Source: the human T2T-CHM13v2.0 reference genome, Homo sapiens
Length of the DNA stretch: 64,000 nt
Assembly (NCBI RefSeq): GCF_009914755.1
Contig: NC_060931.1
Reading direction: 5' to 3' (one strand)
Of this stretch, positions 27,646-40,529 are shown in pieces. The translations under genes were made by a program, and so were the position numbers. The notes beneath the pieces are model-generated. The model was not told the DNA's origin. It did not search any database and saw only the letters and a list, made by a program, of their open reading frames with translations. Within the stretch, counting starts at the first letter, position 1. Each line of letters begins with the position of its first letter.

Positions 27646-29700
27646 TAGGAATTGATTCTCAAAGTAAAGGTGCTAGCAGGATATGGAAAATGAAATATGG
27701 GAAGAAAAACTTAAACCTATTTTTAAAATTTTTATCTACAAATAGAAATAAATTAGGAAATAATTCGGCTTTGTTCATATTTAATATATGGATAGACACT
27801 GGTGTTTCCACTTCCATATGTCACATGATCATATTTTATGTGTGGTGCCAAGGTTTCCCAGGGAGAAGATGGGTTGACTACACACCTATTGTATTTGTCT
27901 TCTACGTCTTCTAAAATGAAAGGTGGCTAAAGAAGATTCTTAAAAAAAGTCTCAGAACCAGTCTTACAATAAAAATGCAAACAAAATCAACAAGAAAATG
28001 ACAGGGTTGTTATTTATACTCCCAATACAAACTCTTTCTTTGTCACATCATGAGGTAAAAATCAATGATGATTTACAAGAGATTGATCAGAGATAAAAAA
28101 ATTACCTAGAAAGCAATTTGAAATGTGAATTCATCCACTATTGTTATTAAATCTGACTTTGTATGTGTATTATTGATGATTAGCTAGTGTTCGTTTTAGA
28201 ATGGAAACAATGTGTAGAAATAGAAGCATTATTTTTCAAAACACACATTTTGGGAGAATGTAAACTCAAAATTGTATCGTTAGCATTGCACAATCTAAAA
28301 TATTCGGAGATGAGTAATGTAGCGCCAAAGTATATTAAAATGATTTCACCTGGTGGCTAAAATAACACCAAAAACAATTTATAGACATTTTATAATTTAT
28401 CAATTTCTTTTTAAATATATTATATATTAAATTACATAAAAGCTTTACAAGGTTGATGCTGTTTTCCCCACTATATAAATGCAATAATCAAGATTTTGAA
28501 AGATTACAACTTGTCCATGGGCGTAATTAATAAATAGAACAGCATAATCTGATTGCTGATCTTTTGATTTTAAATTCTATATTTTTCTAGCTTCCAGTTT
28601 TAGTTGCACACAATCTACTTAGCTAAAACTGAATTTGGTTAATTGTCAACCAAGACTCCAAAACATCTTTGTTATCTGATGTTCTTCATTTTTACTTTTT
28701 AAAAATAATTGAAATGTCACTATTATATTGACAGTAAATTCACCAGTTGTTCGATGAGATTAACCTTCTTAAAGGATGATCAAAGCATGCAGTGAAGGGA
28801 ACCTGACGGGGTTTGACTGCTCAGTTTATCACTGAACAGGGCACAGGTAGGCTGAGTGATAACACCACTCGTCTCTGATCAGGGACTCATTTGTGCCATC
28901 TGGATTAGCAAAGATTTCCCTTCCATTTCTCTGCTCCCTGCCTCCCACAGGCTATGACTATGCTTCTTGTGGTTTCATCGCTTGCTGCTGAGCGGTGTTA
29001 ATAACTACTTGACATTTGGTTTCCCAATGATGTTCACCCAATTTTTCTCTAATATACAGATTCTCTGCAACACTTCTCACAGTAATTCCAGTGCTGTAGA
29101 TATTTCTTGGACATTTATACAAAACATTTAACTTGTTTCCCTGTAATAGATAGTGTAAGTTAAGGTTCACAAAGAGGAACATAATTTGCAAATTTTAAAA
29201 TTGTCCTCCCTTTACTTTAAGTAGGTAAAAATAAAGATGCAATTGACCCTGTCGATATTGACTTCATAGAGACATGGATATTAATATGTAAAACAATAAT
29301 CTAAAATGAGTTTTGAAAAGAGGTATAATATAAATCCTTAACTAATTAACCTTGACTATCATAAGTGCATTCACATTTCACTTGCTTATAGTCCATGACA
29401 TGGAAAACTACTCAATCAATAGTTATTATACAGAAACATCTGAATCAGGCATAAAGAATTTGGCTAACATCAATCCTTTATGTTAGTGAAAACTGTAAAA
29501 AATTTGTATACCACCGAGAAAACATTTAAGGTTTTATTAAGAAGGTTTTATTAAGAAGTGAACTATTTTTAGGTAAACTGTGAATCCTTGGGAAGAAAAT
29601 GTTATCTTTCTCTTTTGGAGTGGAGGTGTCAAAATTTACAAATTAGGGTCAATAGTAGACTAGAGTTTGCTTCACAGTGACCAAGCTGAAGTTTTCTTTA

Positions 29701-30021
29701 TTTTTCCCTCCCTCCCCTCCTCTTCCCTCATCTCCCTTCCCCTCCCCTCCCCTCCCCTCCCCTCCCCTCCCTTCCCCTCCCCTCGCCTCCTCTCCGCTCC
29801 TTTCCCCTCCCCCCTCCCTTCCCCTCCCCCCTCCCCTCCCCTCCCCTCCCCTCCCTTCCCCTCCCCTCGCCTCCTCTCCGCTCCCTTCCCCTCCCCCCTC
29901 CCTTCCCCTCCCCCCTCCCTTCCCCTCCCCCTTCCCTTCCCCTCCCCTCCCCTCCCTTCCCCTCCCCTCCCCTCCCTTCCCCTCCCCTCCCCCTTTTCCT
30001 TCCTTCCTTCCTTCCTTCCTT

Positions 30022-30024
<3 letters not shown>
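29701..30024 (+). repeat. (CCCCT)n/(TTCC)n polypyrimidine tract with an 84-bp higher-order duplication
   Basis: Nearly purine-free strand; the marker CCTCGCCTCCTCTCCGCTCC occurs at 29781 and 29865. Confidence 0.95.

Positions 30025-30068
<44 letters not shown>
30025..30068 (+). repeat. (TG)22 microsatellite
   Basis: Direct reading. Confidence 0.97.
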
Positions 30069-30070
<2 letters not shown>

Positions 30071-30181
30071 TCTGCCTGTCTTTCTGTCTTTTTTTCAAGG
30101 AGTTGAAGTTTCCCAGGCAGTTGGTTTATAGGGGGGACTCTCTGGTTCATGGGCAATCGAATTTCTTACAACATAGTCTAT

Positions 30182-30330
30182 GTGCTGAGGTGGGGAAAGC
30201 ATGGGAGATTTGGAATCAGACAGAGCAAATGAGCTCATTTTAATCCCTAACTAACTTTGTCACTTGGGAGAATTATCTGCTTTATCTGAGTCTTAGTTCC
30301 TTCCTCTCTAAAATGAGAACAATGATAACT
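30182..30330 (+). mobile_element. MIR
   Basis: GGAAAGCATGGG..TTTGGAATCAGACAG...TCTGAGTCTTAGTTCCTTCCTCTCTAAAATGAGAACAATGATA. Confidence 0.7.
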
Positions 30331-30869
30331 TCTCTCTCTCTCTCTTTTTAACTTTTGATGTTTCATTGATTGTACATAAAACCTCCATAATAAGAGCTGA
30401 GTTCAGTCCAATTGTTGGTGACCGTGCAAAGCTAGACAGTGGTAAATTCATCAGGGTACATGCCACTTAGTCACACTAAGTCTTTGCAATAGAAACTTCT
30501 GCAGAGACCAGTCTACCTTTTTTTGTTGTCTTTAGAGCAATTTACCAAATCATTAAGAACTTTGCTTTTCTTAACACTTGCCATCTTCATACTCAGCCAG
30601 AATGTTCTTTTCAAACAAAAATGTGATTTTGCCACTCCCTGTTAAAAACCCCTGAATGACTTCCTGTCATTCCTGAGACAACAGCCCAAATCCTGAATAC
30701 AACTTCTAGGGCCTTCCTTGTCTGACCTCATCCGACCCCTACAGAAACAGAGCCATGATCCATAAACGTTCTACTGTTCACCTCCCTGACTGTGGAAAGT
30801 GATTGTCCTTCAGTCTTGACTTGACCCAGTGCATTTCTTTAAATCTATATGTAATAATCAGAATATAGG

Positions 30870-31010
30870 AGCTGAGCACAGTGGCTCAGGCCTGTAATAC
30901 CAGGACTTTGTGAGGCTGAGGTGGAAGGATCACCTGAGGCCAATAGTTTGAGACCAGCCTGGCAACCTAGGGAGACCCTGCCTCTACAAAAACAAAACAA
31001 AGGAACAAAC
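30870..31010 (+). mobile_element. FLAM / Alu left monomer
   Basis: Left-arm sequence ending CTCTACAAAAACAAAAC. Confidence 0.85.
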
Positions 31011-32078
31011 ACAAATTCCCCCCAAAACAGGTGATGAGAACGTCCCTCTGGAGCAAACAGAACAACCTCAATAAGAAGAGCAAGTATTGCTAAGAGTCAC
31101 CTAAAAGCAACTGCAAAATGAATGTGAACTTAAAGTAAAAGCAAATAAGGTAGACAGGGACATTTCTGTTGTTACCACCTTTTTCTAAAGAATAAAAATG
31201 TTTTTAAATTATTCTTTCTGCCTTTTTACAAACTAACAAAATTTGATCTTCCTGGGGAGTGGGAAGGAGGGATGACTCATACTGCTGAAACTCACGTGAG
31301 ATCAATTTGTGTGCTCTAAGATCAATTTAATAATTTACACTGGAAATATCTCTTCAAAGTAGGTGTCCCCACTGGGACATTAAATTAGCATTGGAAGGCT
31401 TGCTTGGCGAATATTGAGGCTGACTTAGGCAGGTGCTGAGAGGCAGATAAGCCTTCTGAACGTAACAGGTTGCCTGTAGGGGCAACTTCTCCTTAGTGTT
31501 TTGAAGACATATTATGATTTTTCTCCTCCCCACAATCCTTGTTTGCAAAGATATGAGCTTATTTTCCAACTCATTCTTACCTCCATGTTGACCTCAGGAA
31601 AAAACTGAATGCTTCAGGGAGAGAGCTTTCAACAGACGCTCATCTTTTCTTAAGGCTTGTGACTTCTAATCACAAGCCTCCAACTAAGCAAAATATGCTT
31701 ACATACACAGATACTGCCTAAATGGGGAGATTATATTTAGATATATTTGAGCGCATAGAGTTGATATGACAAGATTCTCAAACTAAGTAATTTTCAAGTT
31801 TACTAGAATTTTGCTGCTTAAAGTTCCTGTTAATACAAGAAAGGACCAGAAGATATCTCATTTGAGCCTTGGAATTCTAACTTTGTGTTAAAAATTATTG
31901 TTATCTTACCTGGAGAAAGACATCTCTAAATGCTTTGTAAATGTTACATCTGCTTAAGTAGAAGTATAAAAATAGTTGTCTCCAAAAATTTAAATTTGTA
32001 TTAAATTTTCTCTTATGTCTTAAAATTAGAAAATCGATTCCTATGCACTTAAACAAGTGATAAAGAATTTGTGTTTTG

Positions 32079-32644
<566 letters not shown>

Positions 32645-32837
32645 TATTTGAAAAATGAAATGAATATTATTAATATTAATATTTGTTGACTGAATAAAGC
32701 TGTGTAATAGCCCAATAGGCTAAATGTTTAAAATCAGGAAATTACAATTACTACTGTATTTTACAGAACTGTAGGTCACTTAATTACTTTTGTAATCTGC
32801 CTATAAGTGTAAAGGCAAAGGGTAGAGTAAAATTAGT

Positions 32838-33149
<312 letters not shown>

Positions 33150-34155
33150 AGATGAATACATCTTATGCCATATGCCTGACCACTCCCTCAGACAAATGAG
33201 AACCAATGTAATGGCTGAAGAAATGGCTGCTTTTTTCCATTGACCTTGGTGCATAGTTTCTCTCCTCTCCTTACACAAAAAGTAAATTTAAATGAACAAA
33301 GTTAAGAAGGCATATTTTATGTTTATAAAGCTTTGATTCATGGTACAAAATACAAGTTTTCTTGGAGAAACAGAAGCTATTTAAAATGTAGAATGCAGAG
33401 AGTTGCATTGAGCCACATTCCTTCTTTTATCTATCTCATGGGAATTAACAGACAATGAAAATATTGACTGTGTTTATGCTTAATTTTCCCTCACCCTTAA
33501 TACATTTTTCTGTTATGATTAATTACTTTCCTGTAAAATTTTGAATGAAATTATTTAAAGAGTGCTATAGATAAGTGTGTTTTTACTAATTTTCATTATT
33601 CACCATTGTGGTATAAAATCAACAGGTACAAGTCAAATTAAGCCCTGCTGTCTGCATGGGTACTCATTATTAAATATGAGCGATTTGGGCCTTCAGCAAA
33701 CGACCATTTATATTCCAAATCGTATTTAAAATTAATTTACTCTTTTATCAGAACAAAGAAAATTTCACACACACAATCTCTTTTACTAAAAAATAAATTT
33801 TATCATAGGAAATTATCTCATTTTATGTTCCAGAGCAGAAACATACAAAGGTGAGATGAATCTTTGTACAATATGTCTTTCTGTCAAACATTCTAAAACA
33901 TTGTCAATTTCATTTTTTCTAGTATTTTCAATATTTATTTTGTGTTTGGCAATAAACGGAGCTAATACGACCACTTTTCTCTTATGCTTGGTTATTATTA
34001 TTTTAAGAAATGAAAACTTATAAATCATATAGCTTGGAAGATTGCTGGCAGAATAAGAAAAAATAATTTTATCTTTTGTATACATGAAAAGTTTAAAATA
34101 TCAAACTATAATAATTAGTAATTACATATGTAACCTAGGTTACATGTATGTATGA

Positions 34156-34262
34156 GGTATGGCTCACACCCATCATCCCAGGATTTTGGGAGGCCAAAGT
34201 TGGAAGATTGCTTGAGACCAGGAGTCCAAGACCAGCCTGAACAATGTAGGGCAACACATCCC
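34156..34262 (+). mobile_element. FLAM/AluJ left-arm fragment
   Basis: TGGCTCACACC...TTGGGAGGCCAA...GATTGCTTGAGACCAGGAGTCCAAGACCAGCCTG. Confidence 0.8.
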
Positions 34263-35302
34263 CAGGCCTGGGTAATTTTTTATGGCTCCATTTAAAGAAG
34301 CAGCATGACAATGAACCTTAGATGTCATCCAGTTGAGTTCTCCTACTTGAGCATGAATCCCGTCTTAACCCTCAGTTTAGCAAACCCTATCAGTTATGGA
34401 GAGCAGATAAATCTCAGCCTACTTAAACATGAAGACAGAACTCAGAAACAGTTCTTCAAGGCGCTGCCCCTTGTTAAGCTGGTTCTTTAAGAAGCTTATC
34501 CGCCAATTCACAATTCTGAAGCACAGCAAAGCTGTTTCTGTATTGGTGTTAATTATTTATTAATGCAGTGAAAACACTTTAAATTCCTATTAAATTGTCA
34601 CTAATTACTTGTGAACTAAAACGTAAGATGTTTAGTTTTTTGCTTCCTTCTGAGAAAATATATTTGTATCGCCATCTTTGAAGTCAGTTCTACTGTAAAG
34701 AGCGTGTATTTGGGAATCAGAAAAAACTAGATCGAAACTGTTTGTGTTTTATTGGGCAAGCTACTTAAACACTTTGAACATCATCAGGTTTTTAATTTAT
34801 GATGTAAGAAGTTCAGACGAATGAACTGAGTTTATTTGCCTGCTTAAATTAAAACATATAGAATCCCTATGTTTCCCCCAGTCTACTCAAATGTTTTCAT
34901 TGCAGTATCAATGCCAAGAATATTGTCACTGCATAGCAAAGCATTGGAGTGAAGTAGCTGATATGTATTGGATGACTTAGTTTCAAAAGCTGTTTTTCCT
35001 ATAATACCGTAATTCCTTCCTCAAACGGAGGCAACAGAAATTGCAGTAGAGTTCCCTTGCCAACTACAAAATGTTCCATTTCATTCTGCTTTTCTCCATT
35101 TCCTAGAATCAGTTACATCAATTTGAATCTAACTAGACTAAGATAAAACATGATGAATATGTTTGTGAAATAAAAACTTGACAATAAATCCTTAAGATTT
35201 TTCTAAGAAAGAAGTTTATGAAACTTCAGAGAATAGGAGAATATTTCCTAATAAAAAATAGAAAGCATGTAAGAATATCTTCTGTCTTTTAATACAACAA
35301 AC

Positions 35303-35619
35303 CAGGGGCCTGCAAACTGTATCTCATGGGCCAAATTCAGCTAGGTGCTTTTTTGCGTAGCCCTTGAGCTAAAAATGATTTTTAAATTTATAAATGATTG
35401 AAAGAATAAAAGGATAATAATATTTCATGGTGCATGACTATATGAAGTTCACGTCTCAGTGCCTATAAACTTTATTGGAACACAGCCATCCCCATTTGTT
35501 TATGTGTTGTCTATGTTACTTTGAGAGAGGTGAGTGGCAGCCACAGAAACCATATGTGTCCAATAAAGCCTAAAATATTTGCTACTTAGACCTTCACAGA
35601 AACAATTTGCTGCCCCATG
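35303..35619. mobile_element. MER58B (hAT-Charlie)
   Basis: CAGGGGCCTGCAAACT...TTTATTGGAACACAGCCA...AAAGCCTAAAATATTT...TTTGCTGCCCCATG. Confidence 0.85.
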
Positions 35620-35784
35620 TTCAATAAACAGCTGAAGGCAGGGATGGTATCAAATCTCAACACCTGCTTAAGTACTTGACACATAGATCTGCACAGAATG
35701 AGTAACAGCAGAAAGAATAGATTTAAAAAATTAAAATTATTTTCTCATTATAAAAAGGACCAAATATCTATAATTTTTAAAAAG

Positions 35785-37197
35785 CCAATAGACTTACACA
35801 TAAGATCTGTAATGTAAAACTACTAGAAAAAACACAGGTGAATATCTATGAGGTATAAGTCTGGGCAATGATTATTTTGGATTTGACCCCAAAAGCATAA
35901 ACAATAACAGCAAAGATAGACAAATGAGATTACATCAAAATAAAAATGTCGTGCACATAAAAGGAAACAATGGAATGAAGAGACAGCCCTATGGATTGGG
36001 AAAGAATATATTTGCAAGCCACATGTCTGATAAGGGGTTGATATCCCAAATATATAAGAAACTCAAACAAATATATAGAAAGAATACAAATAATTTGATT
36101 AGAAAATGGGCAAAGGAGCTGAGTAGACATTTTTCAAAAGAAGACACAAAATGACCAAAAGGTATATGAAAAAATGCTGAGCATCATTAATTATCAGAGA
36201 ATGAAAATCAAAACCACAGTGGATACCACCTCACTCTTGTTAAAATGACTGTTGTTCCCCTCCCTTTGTGCATGTGTTCTCACTGTTCATCTTCCACTTA
36301 TAAGTGAGAACATGAGATGTTTGATTCCCTGTTCCTGCATTAGTTTGTTGAGGATAATGGCTTCCAGCTCCGTCCATGTCCCTGCAAAGGACATGATCTT
36401 GTTCCTTTTGATAGGTGCAGCAAACTACCATGGCGTATTTACCTATGTAACAAAACTGCCCATTAGCACAGAACTTAGAATAAAAATTTTAAAAAATGAG
36501 TGTTATCAAAAAGAAACAAGAGAACAAGTGTTGGTGAGAATGTGGAGAAAAGGAACTCTTAACACACTGTTGATGGGAATGTAAATTAGTACAAGCGTAA
36601 TAGCAAACAATATGGAGGTTCCTCAGATATTAAAAATAGAACTGCCATATGATTGAGCAATCCCATTACTGGGTATACTGGGAACTGAAATCAACATGTT
36701 GGAGAGATGTCTGCACTCCCATGGTTAGTGCAGCACTATTCAGCTTTACAAAAGAAATGTTGTCATTTGTGACAACAGTGAAATTGGAAAACGTTTTGCT
36801 AAGTAATATAAATTAGGAACAGAAAGTCAAATACGTTATACTCTCACGTATATGTGGAATCTAAAACAGTCAAATTGAAAGAAGCAGAGAGTAGAATAGT
36901 GGTTATCCGAGACGCTGGGAGAGAGGGGAATGAGGAGTTAATGGTCAAGGGTACAAAGCTTTAATTACACAAGAGAAATACATTATTCTTTGGGATATAT
37001 TGTAAAGCATGGTGAATATAGGAAATAACATATTGTTATTTCAAATGTTCTCACCACAAAATATGGTATTTAAGATGATGAACATATTAATTAGCTTGAT
37101 TTAATTATTCAATATTGTATTCACGAACTATAACACCAGTTTGTGTCACATAAATATATACAGCTATAATTTATCAATTTACAATTAAAAAATAAAT
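35785..37197 (+). mobile_element. L1MA (approx. MA7-9) 3' portion (ORF2 end and 3'UTR)
   Basis: Degenerate ORF2 C-terminus ([29 protein letters not shown]); L1MA 3'UTR TGTGGAATCTAAAA...TTCTCACCACAAA...; A-rich end. Confidence 0.9.
36254..36492 (+). mobile_element. Small L1PA (older PA subfamily) with 5' inversion, nested in the L1MA
   Basis: Antisense 3'UTR 36254-~36408 joined to sense 3'UTR end ~36409-36492; TSD AAAATGACTGTT (36242-36253) / AAAATGAGTGTT (36493-36504). Confidence 0.85.
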
Positions 37198-39874
37198 GAA
37201 ATAAAATTGGATTTAAATGAAACAGTGAAAAGTCTTCATATAGATGACAAGCACAATAACTTCATTTTAAAATTTATAATACCATGAACATAGGAATTCC
37301 CAGGAGAAAATTTAGGTTTATGAGACTATATCCATTGAAAACTCTGTTGGACATTTTTTCTGAAGTTGTTCAGTTTTAGACCTGAAACAATTATCTTTTA
37401 TCATTTAATAAAAATGGATTAGAAAATCGCTCTGTATAATTAATAGTTTGACCTAGTCTTCTATGATGGTTTATTGATTGTTTCAACTCCAGAGCTGGCT
37501 AGCAACATGAAACTCTCATGGAAAACCTGTTTATAATGAAGGATGCTTCTGAAACAATATACACTATTATATCTTGATTGATAGTTAACATTTAGTAACT
37601 AAGTACACTAGTACATTTGACTTACAGGCCATCATTTTCCCTTAGGAGACAGTAACTTTGAGTCTATCCCATTCATCTCCTCTAGAACTTTGTCAAACAG
37701 AGGTATATATGGCTTTTGATGCTCTCCTTTCATTTCACGTTGTTCTTTCATGTTTGATTTGCTTAATGCTCATTGGGTTTCTTTTTAATTCCTCTAAATT
37801 ATCTAATTTGAAAAAATAACTATTATTAATATACTCTCAAAAACTGTAGAAAAAATAATTTCTAAATAATTTAAAAGGTAAAAAATATCAACATGGAGAC
37901 CTTCCATAATGTAAAAGTGGTTCTTTTTTTAATAAAGCCTTTTCTCTACTCATTTAAAAAAGTGGAGTTGGAGGGGCTGCCTTTCAAAATTTCCACATAA
38001 AAGCAACCAAAAATTTGTTCTAGGAGGAGCACTGATGGCAGTTTCTGAAAAGATTTCCGTGACACCTTAGATAAGAGTGAAAAAATCAACCCCATAAGGA
38101 ATTTGTCTTCATTCACTCCATACTTTCTGGACTGGGCTTTCCCTTCTGGCTAGTGATTAGAGCTGACAGACAATTCGACAGAATCACAAAGTGGAGAAGT
38201 TCTTTTTAAATACAAGTTAATGGTTTTGTAAATTTAGTGCCTTAAGCAAAATTGAATTAAACATTCAGTCATTCATCTTAAGCATCCTTAAAAATTGAAA
38301 GCTTCACAATATGCCCAGAACCCAGAAATTCAAGTAACTTTTACCCAGAGCCTACCCAGCCGGACTGCGCAAAGGACTGATGAGACGAAAGGATATTTGG
38401 ACGCTGCCCTCTAGGAAAGGTAGCCTAGAAGAGGAGAGGACACTAACAGACTAACGACTCCTTCAGAGGGGAGGACCACATAATCAGCCAATGTCAGCTG
38501 GCCCAGATCCAAACAGCTTTCTGCTTATGCAAACCTTGTGTGGTCGTTGTGTTAACTAATGCAAAGATATATGATTAATGTACTTGTCAGTGTCCTGTGT
38601 TTAGTTTTCTCACAAAACATTTCTTATATAATTGAGATAATTACTTTCACTTACAATGCCATTGGTTTAAGTTTTAATTGATAATGATGACTTTACTTTT
38701 CAGTTTACCACTATAGACTTTTATTTTTAGAGTACCATTCAGAGTCAGAGCCTGAACCTTAGAGAATTAAACTCACTTAAGATTGAAGTAGTAGTCATTT
38801 CATACTTTGTGTATTTATCCATGTTTTGAGCTAATTCCAGAATGTTGTCAGTCATATTGGGATGCGATATAGTAATTTGGTTTTTAAGTATGATTTTGGA
38901 ACTCTAAGTTACTAAAATAGTAGCTTAATTTTTGTTCACCAAAAGAATTTATAACTGAAACTTCCATTAGAGATTATATGCTTTTTATTTACTACTTTTA
39001 GCCATTAACCAATTAATTATAAAATATAGAGATTTTATGTTTTCATCTACATATACAAAATTACCATTAAGATGAAAGTAATTGAATTGATTGCATATTC
39101 AGTTATAGAATTCCAAATTTAAGTAGACACAGAAAGTCATAAGTTTACATCTAAAAATTCACGAGGTAGTCAGTCATAGTCACTACATTTTAGCCAACTA
39201 TGGAACGTGTACTATCATGTACTATGAGTCAGTCCCTGTACTGAAGATATCAAAATGAATTTGACAATCTGGTATAAAATCCAGGACTATTATTTGTACT
39301 GCCAGCCTCAGGGAGAGATGAATAAAATGGATTTGTAAGTTAGAGGCTGCAAAAACTGTTTTTTTTGGTTTGTTTTGCTTTTTGTTTGTTTGTTTTCCTG
39401 CAAAAGCATGTATTCAGGGTACAGGTGGTGGTTCTACCCTTCCAGTTTTCTAGGCTGGCTGATCTTTATAACTTGTTGTTCATAAAGATGTATGTAAATA
39501 AGCACCATGTCTCAAATTTAGATTGAGAATTGTTCTCCCAGAGTATTCAAATTTTTAAGAGATAAAACAATTAAAATCTAAAATATGTGATAATCTAAAT
39601 ACATATTATACCCCCATTCACCCATTAAAATATTTTTTCTTGCTAATAAAAGAAAAAATTGTTTTTATGGATTTTCCTATCCCTCAAAAATAAGGACAAT
39701 AACATTTTGCCTATTTTTAAAAGATATTGGTTAGATGAATCTTGTAGATCTAGCTCAATTGTTCCCATTCTAGAAAGCTTAGAATTATTATCCTGAAAGC
39801 AGAAATAATTGTTAAAAATGAAAACATGAAAACTTTACATAAATGACTTCATTTTCACCTCGTAAACTTTATTG

Positions 39875-39953
39875 CACAGCACCGCACTCCAGCCTGGGCG
39901 ACAGAGTGAGACTCCATCTCAAAAAAAAAAAAACAAAGAAAAGAAAAAAAGAA
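39875..39953 (+). mobile_element. Severely 5'-truncated Alu (last ~46 bp plus tail)
   Basis: GCACTCCAGCCTGGGCGACAGAGTGAGACTCCATCTC plus A tail; TSD AAACTTTATTG / AAATTTTATTG. Confidence 0.9.
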
Positions 39954-39989
39954 AAATTTTATTGATTTAGAATGCTTGACAGAGCAAAG

Positions 39990-40529
39990 TGAAGCTGTCC
40001 TCACAGGGTTAGTAAGTATTCTGGACAGAAACATAGTTATAATTAAGCATTAGTCAGGCTGTATTTTGACCTACTTCCTTACAACCAAAGTCACATAGCA
40101 CTAGATACTGACCATTTGCATCCCATTGCTTGTATAGATAGGATTCTGATGTAGGATAGATAGGATCTCTGATGTTGGAATCACAAGGCTTTTTAGGAAT
40201 TGCTTAAGCAGATCCTAAATTCCAGCAGAACAGCGGACCCCAGCCAGTTTGAAGACACTCACAGAGGAACTGAGTCACCTGAGAATAGTTTCTTTATCTC
40301 CCCATTCCATGACCTCACCCTGCACTCTTCAACCAATTCATGATCTCCACACTTTGGGCTACTTCAGAGCCTGTGAAAACCCTAGTCCCAGACTCCCCAA
40401 GGTGATGTGTGTGAGGTTTTCTCCTGTCTCCTCCTTTGGCTGCCCTGCAATGAAACCCCTTTCTTTGCTGCAAACTGGTGTCTCCATGTATTGACTTGTT
40501 GAGCATCAGGCAACAGACATATGGTTACA
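39990..40529 (+). mobile_element. ERV1 solo LTR (LTR26-like)
   Basis: TG...CA termini; 4-bp TSD AAAG/AAAG (typical of class I ERVs); TTCTGGACAGAAACATAGTTATAATTAAGCATTA and GCACTAGATACTGACCATTTGCAT motifs. Confidence 0.75.

Noticed and set aside
29649-30243. Four 142-188 aa Pro/Ser- or Gly/Glu-rich ORFs
   Set aside because: They are translations of a stop-free microsatellite, open on both strands.
34128-34145. 18-bp perfect palindrome ATGTAACCTAGGTTACAT
   Set aside because: Roughly one such palindrome is expected by chance in 64 kb of AT-rich DNA, and there is no other support.
38377-38390. Hammerhead-like core CTGATGA-GAC-GAAA
   Set aside because: Stem II would be 1 bp with a 1-nt loop, and I could not find stem I/III partners or a suitably placed NUH cleavage triplet.
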